From a virus (taxonomy: Duplodnaviria > Caudoviricetes), in the IMG/VR virus record IMGVR_UViG_3300037467_001904, positions 11,367 to 75,366 of that record: DNA of 64,000 bases; one strand, given 5' to 3'. Within the stretch, counting starts at the first letter, position 1. Each line of letters starts with the position of its first letter. The position numbers and the translations under genes are program-made. Below, in pieces: positions 28,401 to 37,515 of the stretch. Below the pieces are notes generated by a model that worked only from the letters and a program-made list of their open reading frames with translations, did no database searches and was not told where the DNA came from.

Positions 28401-29624
28401 ATGAAATATTCCCAGATCCCGGCCAAATTCCCGATCCCCTTCGCGGCGAATGCCGGCGGCGGCTTCATCAACCCGATTCCGCAAAATTCGCAGATCGGGA
28501 TCATCGATGGCGCCGCCTCTCTCACCGACGGCTTTCCGCCGCTGAACTTCACGCCCGTCGGTTCGGGCGGTGTGCCGCCTCGAGGTGTCGACTTCAACGG
28601 CATCCTGAACGCGATCACGCTGTGGAGCCGCTGGCAGGCCGCCGGCGCTCAGGTGAGGTTCGACGCCGCGTTTGCTGCCGCGATCGGCGGCTACCCCATG
28701 GGCGCTATGCTGGCCGGCAGCACGTCGGGAACGGTCTGGCTCAACACCGTCGACGACAATATCACCAATCCTGAAGGCGGCAGCCCGGTCGGCTGGATCA
28801 ATCTGGCAACCCAATCGGCTTCGATCAGCGTCGGCACCGATACCGGCAGCGCCAATGTCCTCACTGCCAATGTCAGCCCGGCGCCGACGGCTTATCTCAA
28901 CGGAGCGATCTTCATCGTCCAGAAGATCGGCACCGCGAACAATGGCGCCATGGTCGGCAACATCCAGTCGATTGGCCAGGTGCCGATCGTCGGGCCCAAT
29001 GGTGCCCCGCTGACGCAAGGCCAGTATCCCGCCAGCCATAACGGCATCATGATCTACCTGACGGCGCTGTCGTCGCTGCTGCTGCTCAACCCAGCTTCCG
29101 CTGCCGATCCCAGCACGGTCCAGCCCGGAACGATCGAGTTCTACACCGGCGTGGTGCCACCGACGGGCCGGATCAAGGCCAACGGTGCCTCATTGAGCCG
29201 GACCACCTATGCCGCGTTGTGGTCATTCGCCCAGGTCAGCGGCAACCTCGCCGCCTCACAGGGGCTGAAGACCGCCGGCCAGTTCGGTCCTGGGGATGGA
29301 ACCACGACCTTCACCATTCCGGATCTTCGCGGATACTTCCTGCGAGCGTTCGACGACACCGCCGGCATCGATCCCGCCAGGACCTTCGGCAGCACCCAGG
29401 GCGACGCCTTCGCCAGCCATATCCATTTCTCCTGGGATCAGGGCAATGGAAACGTCTGGAACACGAACGTCGGCAGCATCACCGTGGGCCCCACGGTCCC
29501 AGGACGATTGCTGAATGCTGGTGTTGCCGGCGTCTCCAATGGCCCCTCGATGACCACGACCGCGACAGGTGGCACCGAAACCAGGCCGAAGAACATCAGT
29601 CTCCTGGCCTGTATCAAAATCTGA
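28401..29624 (+). CDS. Tail fibre with collar domain
   Basis: GAASLTDGFPPLNF...DFNGIL; collar PGTIEFY...IKANGASLSRTTYAALW...FTIPDLRGYFLR; ends ETRPKNISLLACIKI. Confidence 0.85.
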   Translation: MKYSQIPAKFPIPFAANAGGGFINPIPQNSQIGIIDGAASLTDGFPPLNFTPVGSGGVPPRGVDFNGILNAITLWSRWQAAGAQVRFDAAFAAAIGGYPMGAMLAGSTSGTVWLNTVDDNITNPEGGSPVGWINLATQSASISVGTDTGSANVLTANVSPAPTAYLNGAIFIVQKIGTANNGAMVGNIQSIGQVPIVGPNGAPLTQGQYPASHNGIMIYLTALSSLLLLNPASAADPSTVQPGTIEFYTGVVPPTGRIKANGASLSRTTYAALWSFAQVSGNLAASQGLKTAGQFGPGDGTTTFTIPDLRGYFLRAFDDTAGIDPARTFGSTQGDAFASHIHFSWDQGNGNVWNTNVGSITVGPTVPGRLLNAGVAGVSNGPSMTTTATGGTETRPKNISLLACIKI

Positions 29625-29631
29625 GGCAGAC

Positions 29632-30294
29632 ATGCAGATCTGGAATTATGAAGCCGGCTCCGGTGCGCTCATCGGGCCCGGGAACGCCGATCCGTGCCCG
29701 ATCGAGGCAGGGCAATATCTTATTCCGGCGAATGCGACGACTGTCGCGCCGCCGAAATTCAAGCCGGAGACTGAGACCTGTGTCTTCGCCGACGGGGCAT
29801 GGTCGGTTATCCCGTTGCCTGAGCAGGCCTCGTCGCCAAAGCCGGACCTTGCCACCCTGGCGAATGAGGCGGCTTTGATTGTCCAGGCGATCTGTGCAGG
29901 GATCCTGCAGCAGATCTATCCCGATCCGGTCCGTCAGGCTGCCATGCAGACAGCTGCGGCGATCGTCGGATGCAATGCCGGCCAGGCTCCCTCATCTGGC
30001 CCCCTGGCAGACAGGTTCGAGGTCATCGCCAAGCTCTATATCAAGGGTAGCGGCGCCAAGGATGCATTCTGCCGGATCCTGGTCGCGCTCCAGGCCGCGA
30101 CGATCGATCTGAATATCGCGCTGGCAACGGCAGAAACATCGATCGCCTCGGCAAAGAAGCCCGCCCAGATCAAAGCGGCGCTGGATGCCTTCCAGGCCTC
30201 GATCGCGGCGATTGTCGCAGCCATCAACGACACGCCGCTTCCCGCGGCTGTCGCGGCCCCAGGGCCGATCTCGCTCCCCGGAATCAACGCGTAG
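29632..30294 (+). CDS. Tail fibre assembly protein
   Basis: IWNYEAGSG...ADPCPIEAGQYLIPANATTVAPP...FADGAWSV; follows the fibre gene. Confidence 0.7.
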   Translation: MQIWNYEAGSGALIGPGNADPCPIEAGQYLIPANATTVAPPKFKPETETCVFADGAWSVIPLPEQASSPKPDLATLANEAALIVQAICAGILQQIYPDPVRQAAMQTAAAIVGCNAGQAPSSGPLADRFEVIAKLYIKGSGAKDAFCRILVALQAATIDLNIALATAETSIASAKKPAQIKAALDAFQASIAAIVAAINDTPLPAAVAAPGPISLPGINA

Positions 30295-30303
30295 AGCCCA
30301 GAC

Positions 30304-32199
30304 ATGAAGCTTCGCATCCTTGCCGCCCTGGCCCTGTTCTGGCCAGCGCTGGCGCTCGCCCAGACCTCGCCGAACCTGACCTATGGCCAGGTGTCGACGC
30401 CGGGCCAGTGGAACAGCTACTTCGCCGCCAAACAGGACGTTCTCGGCTATACGCCGGTGAACCGTGCCGGCGACACCATGTTCGGTACGCTGAAGACGCT
30501 CTCCCCGACGGGCAACGTGGCCGGTCTGGTTGTGACTCCTGGTCTGGCCCCGACGTCGCCGGCGGACGGCAGCATCTGGGTCACCAATACCGGCATCTAC
30601 ACCCAGATCAACGGATCGACGATCGGCCCGCTTGGTTCGATCACGCCCGGCGCATTTGCCGCGACGCCGCCGCTCACCGTCAATGTCGCCGGAGGTGTTG
30701 CGACCTTCGGCATCGATACCAGCTATTTCGCCAAAACAGCGAGCAATCTCTCTGATCTGGCAAGCGCTTCGGCGGCCCGTGCGAATCTGGGTCTTGGCTC
30801 GATAGCGACCCTCAATAGCGTCGATCTTACAGCCAACGTTTCCAACACCCTGCCTGTGGCAAACGGTGGAACCGGTGCTGCGTCGCTGACGGCGAATGGC
30901 GTCCTCTTCGGAGGGGGAACCGGTGCGGTTCAGGCTACATCTGCTCTCTCGGCTGGCCAGATTGTTGTCGGTGTGACGTCTGGTGCTCCTCGCGCTCTCT
31001 CGATGTCTGGTGATTGCACGCTCGCGTCTTCGGGGGCGATAACCTGCACCAAGACCAATGGCACCGCGCTCGGGCCCTTCGCCACGGCATCGACCATCAA
31101 CCTCACTTCCAACGTGACCGGCACGCTTCCGGTGGCCAATGGGGGCACTGGCGCGGCGACGCTGGGTCAATACAATGTCTTGCTCGGCAACGGCACCTCA
31201 GCGCTGGCCGGAACCCTATTGACCTCTGGCCAGCTGCTCGTCGGCCAGGCCACGTTTCCGCAAGCCAGAACGCTCAGCGGCGACTGCACCCTTGCCAACA
31301 CCGGTGCGATCACCTGCACCAAGCTCAACGGAGTGTCACCGGGCACGACATATCCGTTGAATGTCGGCACCTCGGCTAACAACGTCGTCCAACTCGACGG
31401 ATCCAGTCGCTACCCCGCCGCCGACGGTTCCCAGATCACCAACATCTCCGCGGTTTGGGCACCCGGCACGCTGAACGGTCTCACGCTTTCCCGCGCATCG
31501 GCGACCACAGTTGGCATCGCTACCGGCGCTGCGAGAAACGAGGATACCGGCACCGGGTTCAATATGATCCTGGCTTCGGCGATCACGAAGTCACTGTCGA
31601 CCTGGGCAGCCGGTACTGGCAATGGTGGCCTCGATACCGGCTCCATTGCCGCCAGCTCCTGGTACCACGTCTGGCTGATACGCAAGGATAGCGACGGCTC
31701 GATCGACGCCCTGCTATCATTAAGCGCGACTGCCCCGACGATGCCTTCTGGCTACACGGCGCGACGACGCATTGGAGCGATCAAGACAGATCTATCTGGA
31801 CAGGTCATCGCGTTCACACAGATCGGCGACCGCTTCATCTGGGCGGCTGCAAGCCGTGACATGTCGTCTGCCGTTGCATCGACCTCGGCCCAACTCGTCA
31901 CGCTCTCGGTTCCTACAGGCATCAGCGCACTTGCTGATATCGAGGTTCTCGCCACGGCTGGCGTGAGCGTCGCGATCTATGTTTCGTCTCCCTATCAAAA
32001 CGACGAAGCGCCTGGAACCGACGAGAGCACGACGCCAGGCTATACCGCTTACGCGGCATCGTCCTTCAATAGGTCACCGCTGCGCGGCCAGTTCATGACC
32101 AACACATCCGGCCAGATCCGGACGAGGAATAGCGTCGCGAACTCAACCACCATCGGCATCTTCACCTACGGATGGGTCGACACGAGAGGGAGGAGCTGA
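30304..32199 (+). CDS. Second tail fibre/receptor-binding protein with an internal ~85-aa tandem duplication
   Basis: Two copies of NV(S/T)xTLPVANGGTGAA...SGDCTLAxxGAITCTK; C-terminal WAAGTGNGGLDTG...WYHVWLI...RRRIGAIKTD. Confidence 0.75.
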   Translation: MKLRILAALALFWPALALAQTSPNLTYGQVSTPGQWNSYFAAKQDVLGYTPVNRAGDTMFGTLKTLSPTGNVAGLVVTPGLAPTSPADGSIWVTNTGIYTQINGSTIGPLGSITPGAFAATPPLTVNVAGGVATFGIDTSYFAKTASNLSDLASASAARANLGLGSIATLNSVDLTANVSNTLPVANGGTGAASLTANGVLFGGGTGAVQATSALSAGQIVVGVTSGAPRALSMSGDCTLASSGAITCTKTNGTALGPFATASTINLTSNVTGTLPVANGGTGAATLGQYNVLLGNGTSALAGTLLTSGQLLVGQATFPQARTLSGDCTLANTGAITCTKLNGVSPGTTYPLNVGTSANNVVQLDGSSRYPAADGSQITNISAVWAPGTLNGLTLSRASATTVGIATGAARNEDTGTGFNMILASAITKSLSTWAAGTGNGGLDTGSIAASSWYHVWLIRKDSDGSIDALLSLSATAPTMPSGYTARRRIGAIKTDLSGQVIAFTQIGDRFIWAAASRDMSSAVASTSAQLVTLSVPTGISALADIEVLATAGVSVAIYVSSPYQNDEAPGTDESTTPGYTAYAASSFNRSPLRGQFMTNTSGQIRTRNSVANSTTIGIFTYGWVDTRGRS

Positions 32200-32600
32200 T
32201 GCCCTATGTCCAACGCGATACCAATGGCGCAGTCATCGGGGTCTTCGCCAATCCGCAGCCCGATTATGCAGCGGAATGGCTCGATGACGATGACCCGGCC
32301 ATCGCTACCTTTCAGGCGACACTGGCCAGAGCGAGGCTCGACGCCATGTCAGTCTCAGCCTTCCAGGCCCAGGCCGCTATGGCGATAGCCCAGGCGAAGG
32401 GGATCACCGACTTCGACCTCCTCGCCAAGGTGCAGCAGATCGTTTCGGCTGCGCCTGATCCCATGGTGCAGATCGCCTGGAACAAGGCCGCCGAGTTTCG
32501 GAGAGATTCTCCGACCATCCTCGCCTTGGCGGCGTCGGTACCGCTGACCTCGGATCAGCTCGACCAGCTCTTCGAACTGGCCGCGACGATCAGCGCCTGA
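32199..32600 (+). CDS. Fibre-associated hypothetical protein
   Basis: YVQRDTNGAVIGVFANPQ; C-terminal IAWNKAAEFRRDSP...QLDQLFELAATI. Confidence 0.65.
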   Translation: MPYVQRDTNGAVIGVFANPQPDYAAEWLDDDDPAIATFQATLARARLDAMSVSAFQAQAAMAIAQAKGITDFDLLAKVQQIVSAAPDPMVQIAWNKAAEFRRDSPTILALAASVPLTSDQLDQLFELAATISA

Positions 32601-32625
32601 CGACCCGTTCACGTCCGACCAACTG

Positions 32626-32652
32626 GGCCCCGCTTCGGCGGGGCCTTTCTTT
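32626..32652 (+). terminator. Rho-independent terminator after the tail operon
   Basis: ggccccgc-ttcg-gcggggcc followed by tttcttt. Confidence 0.75.
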
Positions 32653-33035
32653 TGGAGTTCCCACAATTGCTTATCGATCGCCGCGACGTCGGCCCCATCG
32701 CCCTCGCCGTCGGCTTGATCTGGGCAGCGTCGGCGGTAGATCCCGCCATCGGCGCGGAGCGCGGCATCGCCAGCTGGTACCAGACGGGAACCAAAACCGC
32801 GAGTGGTGAGCGTTTCCGGCCAGATGGGCTCACCTGTGCGAGGCGTCGAGGTCGGTTCGGCTCGATGCTGCGAGTTACCGATCTAAGGAGCGGACGTTCG
32901 ATCGTCTGCAGGCTGAATGATCGAGGTCCAGCATCGTGGACCGGGCGCGAGATCGATCTATCGCGGGGAGCCGCTCGCTCCCTCGGCATTCTTTCAGCTG
33001 GCACCGCCAACGTCAAAATCGAGGTCCTGAAATGA
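32652..33035 (+). CDS. RlpA-like (DPBB) lytic transglycosylase; start uncertain
   Basis: GIASWY...TASGERF...LRVTDL...LNDRGP...IDLSRGAARSLG. Confidence 0.8.
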   Translation: MEFPQLLIDRRDVGPIALAVGLIWAASAVDPAIGAERGIASWYQTGTKTASGERFRPDGLTCARRRGRFGSMLRVTDLRSGRSIVCRLNDRGPASWTGREIDLSRGAARSLGILSAGTANVKIEVLK

Positions 33036-33169
33036 TCCGCATCCTCATCCTGGGGGCGCTTGCGCTCGCCCTGTCGTCCTGTGCCTTCTGCTATTCGCCA
33101 TCGGCGTGCGGCCCCAAACGCGACGCTGCGATGTGGGGAGCGGTCTCCAAGGAGATCCGCAAATGGTAA
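33032..33169 (+). CDS. Small lipoprotein-like peptide
   Basis: ATGA coupling; MIRILILGALALALSSC lipobox-like sequence. Confidence 0.5.
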   Translation: MIRILILGALALALSSCAFCYSPSACGPKRDAAMWGAVSKEIRKW

Positions 33170-33714
33170 AGCTGCTGCTCATCCCGATCTTCGCCGTCTT
33201 GAACCATGCTCGCGGGGGCGGCGCCTGGCTGGGGATTTCGGCGTTGCTGGAGAAGCTTCCGGGCCGCAGCATCTTCTATGCCGCTCCGCTGTCTGCACTT
33301 GTGGCTTGGCCGGCGCTGGGCTGGCGCGACGCCCTGGTCTTCGGCCTGACCTATCTGCTCTGGGGGATTCCGGAATGGGGCCGTTGGTACACGCTCAACC
33401 GGGAACCGCGCTCGATCAGCGGCGCGCCGGGATGGTGGGCGGCCGTCCTCGAGCGTTTCGCCGATCAGATCCCGATCGGCCAGATTGTCGATCCACAGAC
33501 CGGCCAGAACCGCAACGACTATGCCTGCTTCACGATCAGGAACACGGTCCTGCTGGCGCCACTATCATTCATCTCGCCCTGGCTGGCCTTCCTAGGGCCT
33601 CTTCAAACCGTCGCCTATGAGATCGGGCACCGGATCAAGCATCCAGGCGGCATCCCGCTCTGCGAGCTGCTGTTCGGCGCCATCATTGGAGCTGCGCTCG
33701 CGCTAGTGGCTTGA
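33163..33714 (+). CDS. Multi-pass membrane protein
   Basis: Several hydrophobic segments; RBS aaggag upstream. Confidence 0.6.
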   Translation: MVKLLLIPIFAVLNHARGGGAWLGISALLEKLPGRSIFYAAPLSALVAWPALGWRDALVFGLTYLLWGIPEWGRWYTLNREPRSISGAPGWWAAVLERFADQIPIGQIVDPQTGQNRNDYACFTIRNTVLLAPLSFISPWLAFLGPLQTVAYEIGHRIKHPGGIPLCELLFGAIIGAALALVA

Positions 33715-33895
33715 GGAGCGACCCGGTCTTGTTCTCTGGCAGGGAACAGCAGACCGGGCCGCCTTGCCAGCAACATCCCTACTGCCAGCGCGCCAAGAAC
33801 GGCCAAACGCAGGATTTAGTTCCGCTGCACGTCGTCTCGACGCAAGCACCTGAAATCTCCCCACGAATTCCACCGAGAAAATTATCGAGGCTTCC

Positions 33896-34561
33896 ATGGA
33901 CGTGCTGGCCATCCAGACACGATTGAAAGCGCTTGGCTTCAATCCAGGCCCTCTTGACGGCGATCCCGGGACGCAAACCGCACGCGCCGTCCTGGCATTC
34001 GAACGGTCGAAAGGGCTGTCGCCGGACGGCAGGATCGATGACCGTATGGTTGCCGCCCTGTTCGCCGGTCTGGACTTCAAGGAGCCGCCATGGCTCACCG
34101 CGGCGCGTAAGGACCTTGGGATCCGCGAGGGGGTTGGCGCGGCCGACAACCCGCGCGTCGTTCAGATGTTCGCCGAAGCCGGACATCCAGAGGTCAAACA
34201 CGACAGCGTCGCCTGGTGTGCAGCCGCTGTCGGCGCCTGGCTCAAACGCGCCGGCATCAAAGGCACCGGTTCACTCTGGGCGCTGGATTACCTGAAGTGG
34301 GGAGTGGCGCTGCCTGGGCCGATTCTCGGCGCAATCGCCGTGAAGAAGCGGCAGGGCGGTGGTCATGTCACGCTCGTCGTCGGCGCCAGTTCCGGCCGCG
34401 TCTTCTGCCTCGGCGGCAACCAGTCCGACTCGGTCTCGATCGCCGCTTACGACGCCTCGGTGTTTGCCTATCGCTGGCCGTCCGGCGTTCGCATTCCGAG
34501 TCCGGCCCTTCCTCTTCCGAAGACGATTTCCGGCGCCCGCGCCGGCGTATCGGAGACCTAG
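33896..34561 (+). CDS. Endolysin: peptidoglycan-binding domain plus TIGR02594-like Cys/His peptidase
   Basis: IQTRLKALGFNPGPLDGDPG; PPWL...AWCAAAVG...GGGHVTLV...LGGNQSDSV. Confidence 0.85.
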   Translation: MDVLAIQTRLKALGFNPGPLDGDPGTQTARAVLAFERSKGLSPDGRIDDRMVAALFAGLDFKEPPWLTAARKDLGIREGVGAADNPRVVQMFAEAGHPEVKHDSVAWCAAAVGAWLKRAGIKGTGSLWALDYLKWGVALPGPILGAIAVKKRQGGGHVTLVVGASSGRVFCLGGNQSDSVSIAAYDASVFAYRWPSGVRIPSPALPLPKTISGARAGVSET

Positions 34562-34769
34562 AAGGGCAAGGCATCGGCTCCTTAACCGCATAGATGGGCC
34601 TCAATCATGCCTCTGGAAATCATCTGGAGCGCCCTCGGCTTGGTGGCCGAATTGATGGCTACAGCCGGCGTGCTTGGCCTGCTCTGCCTATCCCTTTCGC
34701 ATTTCCTTGACTGACCGCGCCCGGCGGCACCGGTCCAATTCCCCTTCTACCAACTGATAGAGACAAAGC

Positions 34770-35087
34770 ATGAGCGCTCCGTTCCGCATTCGCCTCCGTC
34801 TCAAGTCGGTCAGACCGCATTACAAGCCGGCTCCGGCCACTACACCGTTGCCAGATATCCTCAAGGGCCTTCCGAGGACTCCGTTGCCTATCATCCCTGC
34901 GAGCGTCTGCCCGCGTTGCGGCATCAGATGGGATGGCCCAATGGGCTACTGCTGCCCAGAAGGCCAGATGTGTGGTGTCCCGCGTGAGACGCGGCCCACT
35001 GTCTTCATCCCCCAGGTTCAGACTGTCGGCTCAGGCGGCTTGGTCTACAAGCAGCCCGACGGCGTCACATACCGAACCTGGAACTAA
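34770..35087 (+). CDS. Hypothetical protein with a Cys cluster
   Basis: CPRCG...YCCPEGQMC within the lysis region. Confidence 0.45.
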   Translation: MSAPFRIRLRLKSVRPHYKPAPATTPLPDILKGLPRTPLPIIPASVCPRCGIRWDGPMGYCCPEGQMCGVPRETRPTVFIPQVQTVGSGGLVYKQPDGVTYRTWN

Positions 35088-35136
35088 CCGCGCCCGGCCG
35101 GCTGCCGAGCATAACTCCTCACAGCAGGATCTTCCG

Positions 35137-35727
35137 ATGAACCGCTTCTATCTCGCGGCGCTGCTGGCGTTCGCGCTGGTGACGTCTGTCTTCTTCCACC
35201 CCATCGTCGGCCTGGTGGTCTTTGCCGCCGGCGTCGTCGCCCCAATGCTTCCGGCCTACGCCTGGGCTGGCGCCGTGGCGTTCGTCGCTCTGGTTGCTCC
35301 CGCCTGGGCTGCCGACGACACCACCGTGTCCCTCGGCGGCCTCGTCACGGCCCTGCTTCCTTATTTCGAAGCCGCTGTCGCTGCCCTGCTCACGGCTCTG
35401 ATTGCCTGGGCCGCTCAGGCCATCCAGAAGTGGCTTGGCATCCAACTCGATCAGTCCAGCCGTGATGCCCTGCATAGCGCCGCGATGACCGGCGTCAACA
35501 TGGCGCTATCTCGGCTCAGCCAATCCGCCGCCAACCTCACCTTTGATGCGAAGTCGGCCGTCATCGCCCAGGCGATCGAATGGGTGGAATCGAGCGTGCC
35601 CGATGCGCTGAAGCACTTTGGTCTGACGCCGGAGCAGCTCGAGGCGCTGATCGAGTCCAAACTCGGCATCGCGGCGGCTGCGGCCACGCCGGCCGTCGTC
35701 GCGCCCGCGCCGGCGCCTGCGGGATGA
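35137..35727 (+). CDS. Holin-like membrane protein
   Basis: Multiple hydrophobic helices; ...RDALHSAAMTGV...VPDALKHFGLTPEQLEALIESKLG. Confidence 0.65.
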   Translation: MNRFYLAALLAFALVTSVFFHPIVGLVVFAAGVVAPMLPAYAWAGAVAFVALVAPAWAADDTTVSLGGLVTALLPYFEAAVAALLTALIAWAAQAIQKWLGIQLDQSSRDALHSAAMTGVNMALSRLSQSAANLTFDAKSAVIAQAIEWVESSVPDALKHFGLTPEQLEALIESKLGIAAAAATPAVVAPAPAPAG

Positions 35728-36005
35728 GCGCCTTCCTCAAGGCCCTGGTGGCGGCGCTAATTTCCGGCGTCGCCAGCGCTCTCCTTGCTTGGCGAGACAA
35801 GGCGAAAGCCGACAAGGATGCCGAGGCTGTAGCGGTGGGAGACGCCGCCACCGAAACCCAACAGGTCATTACCGGAGTAGCCGATGCGCGCTCGCAACTT
35901 ACTCCCGCTGGCTCTGCTGGCGATCTGGCTGCAAGGCTGCGCGCACGAGCCGCCGCCGAAGGCGGTGATAGCGGTTCCGGCGAAAACGGCAAATCGAGCG
36001 GCTGA
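35724..36005 (+). CDS. Inner-membrane spanin-like protein (Rz-like)
   Basis: N-terminal TM helix; overlapped in another frame by a lipoprotein ORF. Confidence 0.6.
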   Translation: MSAFLKALVAALISGVASALLAWRDKAKADKDAEAVAVGDAATETQQVITGVADARSQLTPAGSAGDLAARLRARAAAEGGDSGSGENGKSSG

Positions 36006-36168
36006 GATCAAGCGTCAGCTCGCCCCGATCTGCCCGAACCCGTTGCCGGCGGCCTCGCTCAACCGGGCTGCCGACTATCTGGACGCTCACGCCGACGCCT
36101 TTCCTGTCGTGTCCGATCTCGACCGGCTCGACCGCGAGGCACGGCTATGTCGGGGAATGAAGCCATGA
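35884..36168 (+). CDS. Outer-membrane spanin-like lipoprotein (Rz1-like)
   Basis: LLPLALLAIWLQGC lipobox, Pro-rich, overlaps the Rz-like gene. Confidence 0.7.
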   Translation: MRARNLLPLALLAIWLQGCAHEPPPKAVIAVPAKTANRAAEIKRQLAPICPNPLPAASLNRAADYLDAHADAFPVVSDLDRLDREARLCRGMKP

Positions 36169-36506
36169 GCAAGATCGACGAGACGAGTGGCGCCGGCCAG
36201 AAAGAGCATTGGACCGTGGACAAGAAAATTCCGGCCGCGCTGTTGCTGGCCATCGCGTTCCAGACTGGAACCGCCATCTGGTGGGCAAGCGGCGCAAGCA
36301 GTCGACTTTCCGCGGTGGAAGAGCGAAACCTGAGGCTCGAAATGGAAGTTGGTAAACTGAGAGATAGCAGCGGTGATATTCGCGAGCGCTTCGCCAAGGC
36401 TGAAACCACCATGCAGGCCTTCGTGGAGACCACACGGCGGATCGAGTCGAAACTCGATCGGCTCCTTGATGAAAAAGATCAGACCCGTACGTTCGGCCCA
36501 CGCTGA
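36165..36506 (+). CDS. Single-TM coiled-coil protein at the end of the late operon
   Basis: ATGA coupling; WTVDKKIPAALLLAIAFQTGTAIWWAS then a coiled coil. Confidence 0.65.
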   Translation: MSKIDETSGAGQKEHWTVDKKIPAALLLAIAFQTGTAIWWASGASSRLSAVEERNLRLEMEVGKLRDSSGDIRERFAKAETTMQAFVETTRRIESKLDRLLDEKDQTRTFGPR

Positions 36507-36510
36507 ATCT

Positions 36511-36930
36511 AAAGAAAAGCCCGGCGGTGCTGGAGGCGCGCCGGGTTGAGAGTGGGGTTGACATTGCAGCGTATACTATTGCTGGAGAGCGACACGCCGC
36601 ACGGAATTTGTAGCTCAATCTTCGAGCCACGACAACAATCCGTCAGCTTGGCAATTTCTGCCCGCTTGAGATGATTACAAGAAAAAGCCCGGCCGTGTCG
36701 GGCGGGCCGGGCGAGGTGGGTTGCCGTGACGCCTCAATGCGTCACACGCCATAATTGCACATTCTGTCGTGATACCACCGTGAAAAAGAAAACGCCCGCT
36801 TCTCGAGACAGAAGCGGGCCAGGCGGGTCAACAGGGGCCCGTAAGATACACAACCACTGACAAAAAAAGAATGCCCGCTTTCCTTTGAGGCGAGCGGGCA
36901 AGTTTTGGGCTGTTGTCGCATAGCGACAGC
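36511..36930 (-). repeat. Array of four related hairpin-plus-U-tract units (minus-strand terminators or short sRNAs)
   Basis: Stems 36520-26/36539-45, 36687-94/36705-12, 36794-803/36810-19 and 36872-79/36893-900, each starting (G)CCCG and preceded on + by an A-rich tract. Confidence 0.7.
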
Positions 36931-36986
36931 TCAGAACTCTTACCATTCTGATTAAGTTCCACCGCCGCACTGACAGCGGCACACTG

Positions 36987-37018
36987 GCCCCTGGTCCTTC
37001 GGGATCGGGGGCTTTTTT
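36987..37018 (+). terminator. Rho-independent terminator on the + strand
   Basis: gcccctggtcc-ttcg-ggatcgggggc followed by tttttt. Confidence 0.7.
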
Positions 37019-37026
37019 GCGTTTCA

Positions 37027-37054
37027 GGGGTCTCGTTTCCGGAAACGAGACCCC
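37027..37054. repeat. Perfect 28-bp palindrome with no spacer
   Basis: ggggtctcgtttcc|ggaaacgagacccc. Confidence 0.95.
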
Positions 37055-37080
37055 CATGCCTTGTGCAGGACGGCCAATCC

Positions 37081-37332
37081 TCAACCGTCTTTATCGGAGA
37101 GCCGACGCACTTCGGCATCGGTAGCTGCTGCCAAAGCAGACGAGATGAAATCGACCAGGTCGCCTTTTTCCTCTTCGATTTCGGCAGGGGTAATCCCGCC
37201 CGCCTTGGCCTCTGCTACCATTACATCTGCCAGTTCCCGCGCTCGTGAATCGTCACCGTCCGGCGCATAGGCCTCTGCATTGATATTCTCGGCGACCCAG
37301 CGGTCGGCGAACTCGGCGCCCCTCGCGCTCAT
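37081..37332 (-). CDS. DUF768-like small protein
   Basis: MSARGAEFADRWVAENI...EAKAGGITPAEIEEE; RBS aaggagg. Confidence 0.6.
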   Translation of the reverse strand: MSARGAEFADRWVAENINAEAYAPDGDDSRARELADVMVAEAKAGGITPAEIEEEKGDLVDFISSALAAATDAEVRRLSDKDG

Positions 37333-37515
37333 TGCTGTTCCTCCTTGGAAATACTGGGAACCGCACTACCGAGTCTCGGTCGTGACGAGGACGTGAAATG
37401 GCTCTGGCAAGGGGAATTGAAAAATTGTGCCGACTCTTGTGCGGCGGATATCCACCGTCTGTTCTCACTTGTCCGCGATGTCCGCGAGAAAAACCGAGCT
37501 ATTTCAAGGTGGTGC

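Noticed and set aside
28401-32199. Tail-fibre inversion or diversity-generating retroelement
   Set aside because: No invertase, reverse transcriptase or template/variable repeat pair; the duplication is internal and in-frame.
34607-34714. 35-aa hydrophobic peptide (possible pinholin or antiholin)
   Set aside because: No convincing RBS and too short to support from sequence alone.
36511-36930. CRISPR array
   Set aside because: Units are only loosely similar, spacing is irregular and no cas genes are present.
37027-37054. Telomere resolution site of a linear plasmid-prophage
   Set aside because: No protelomerase or partition genes in the window, and a normal integrase with att is present.
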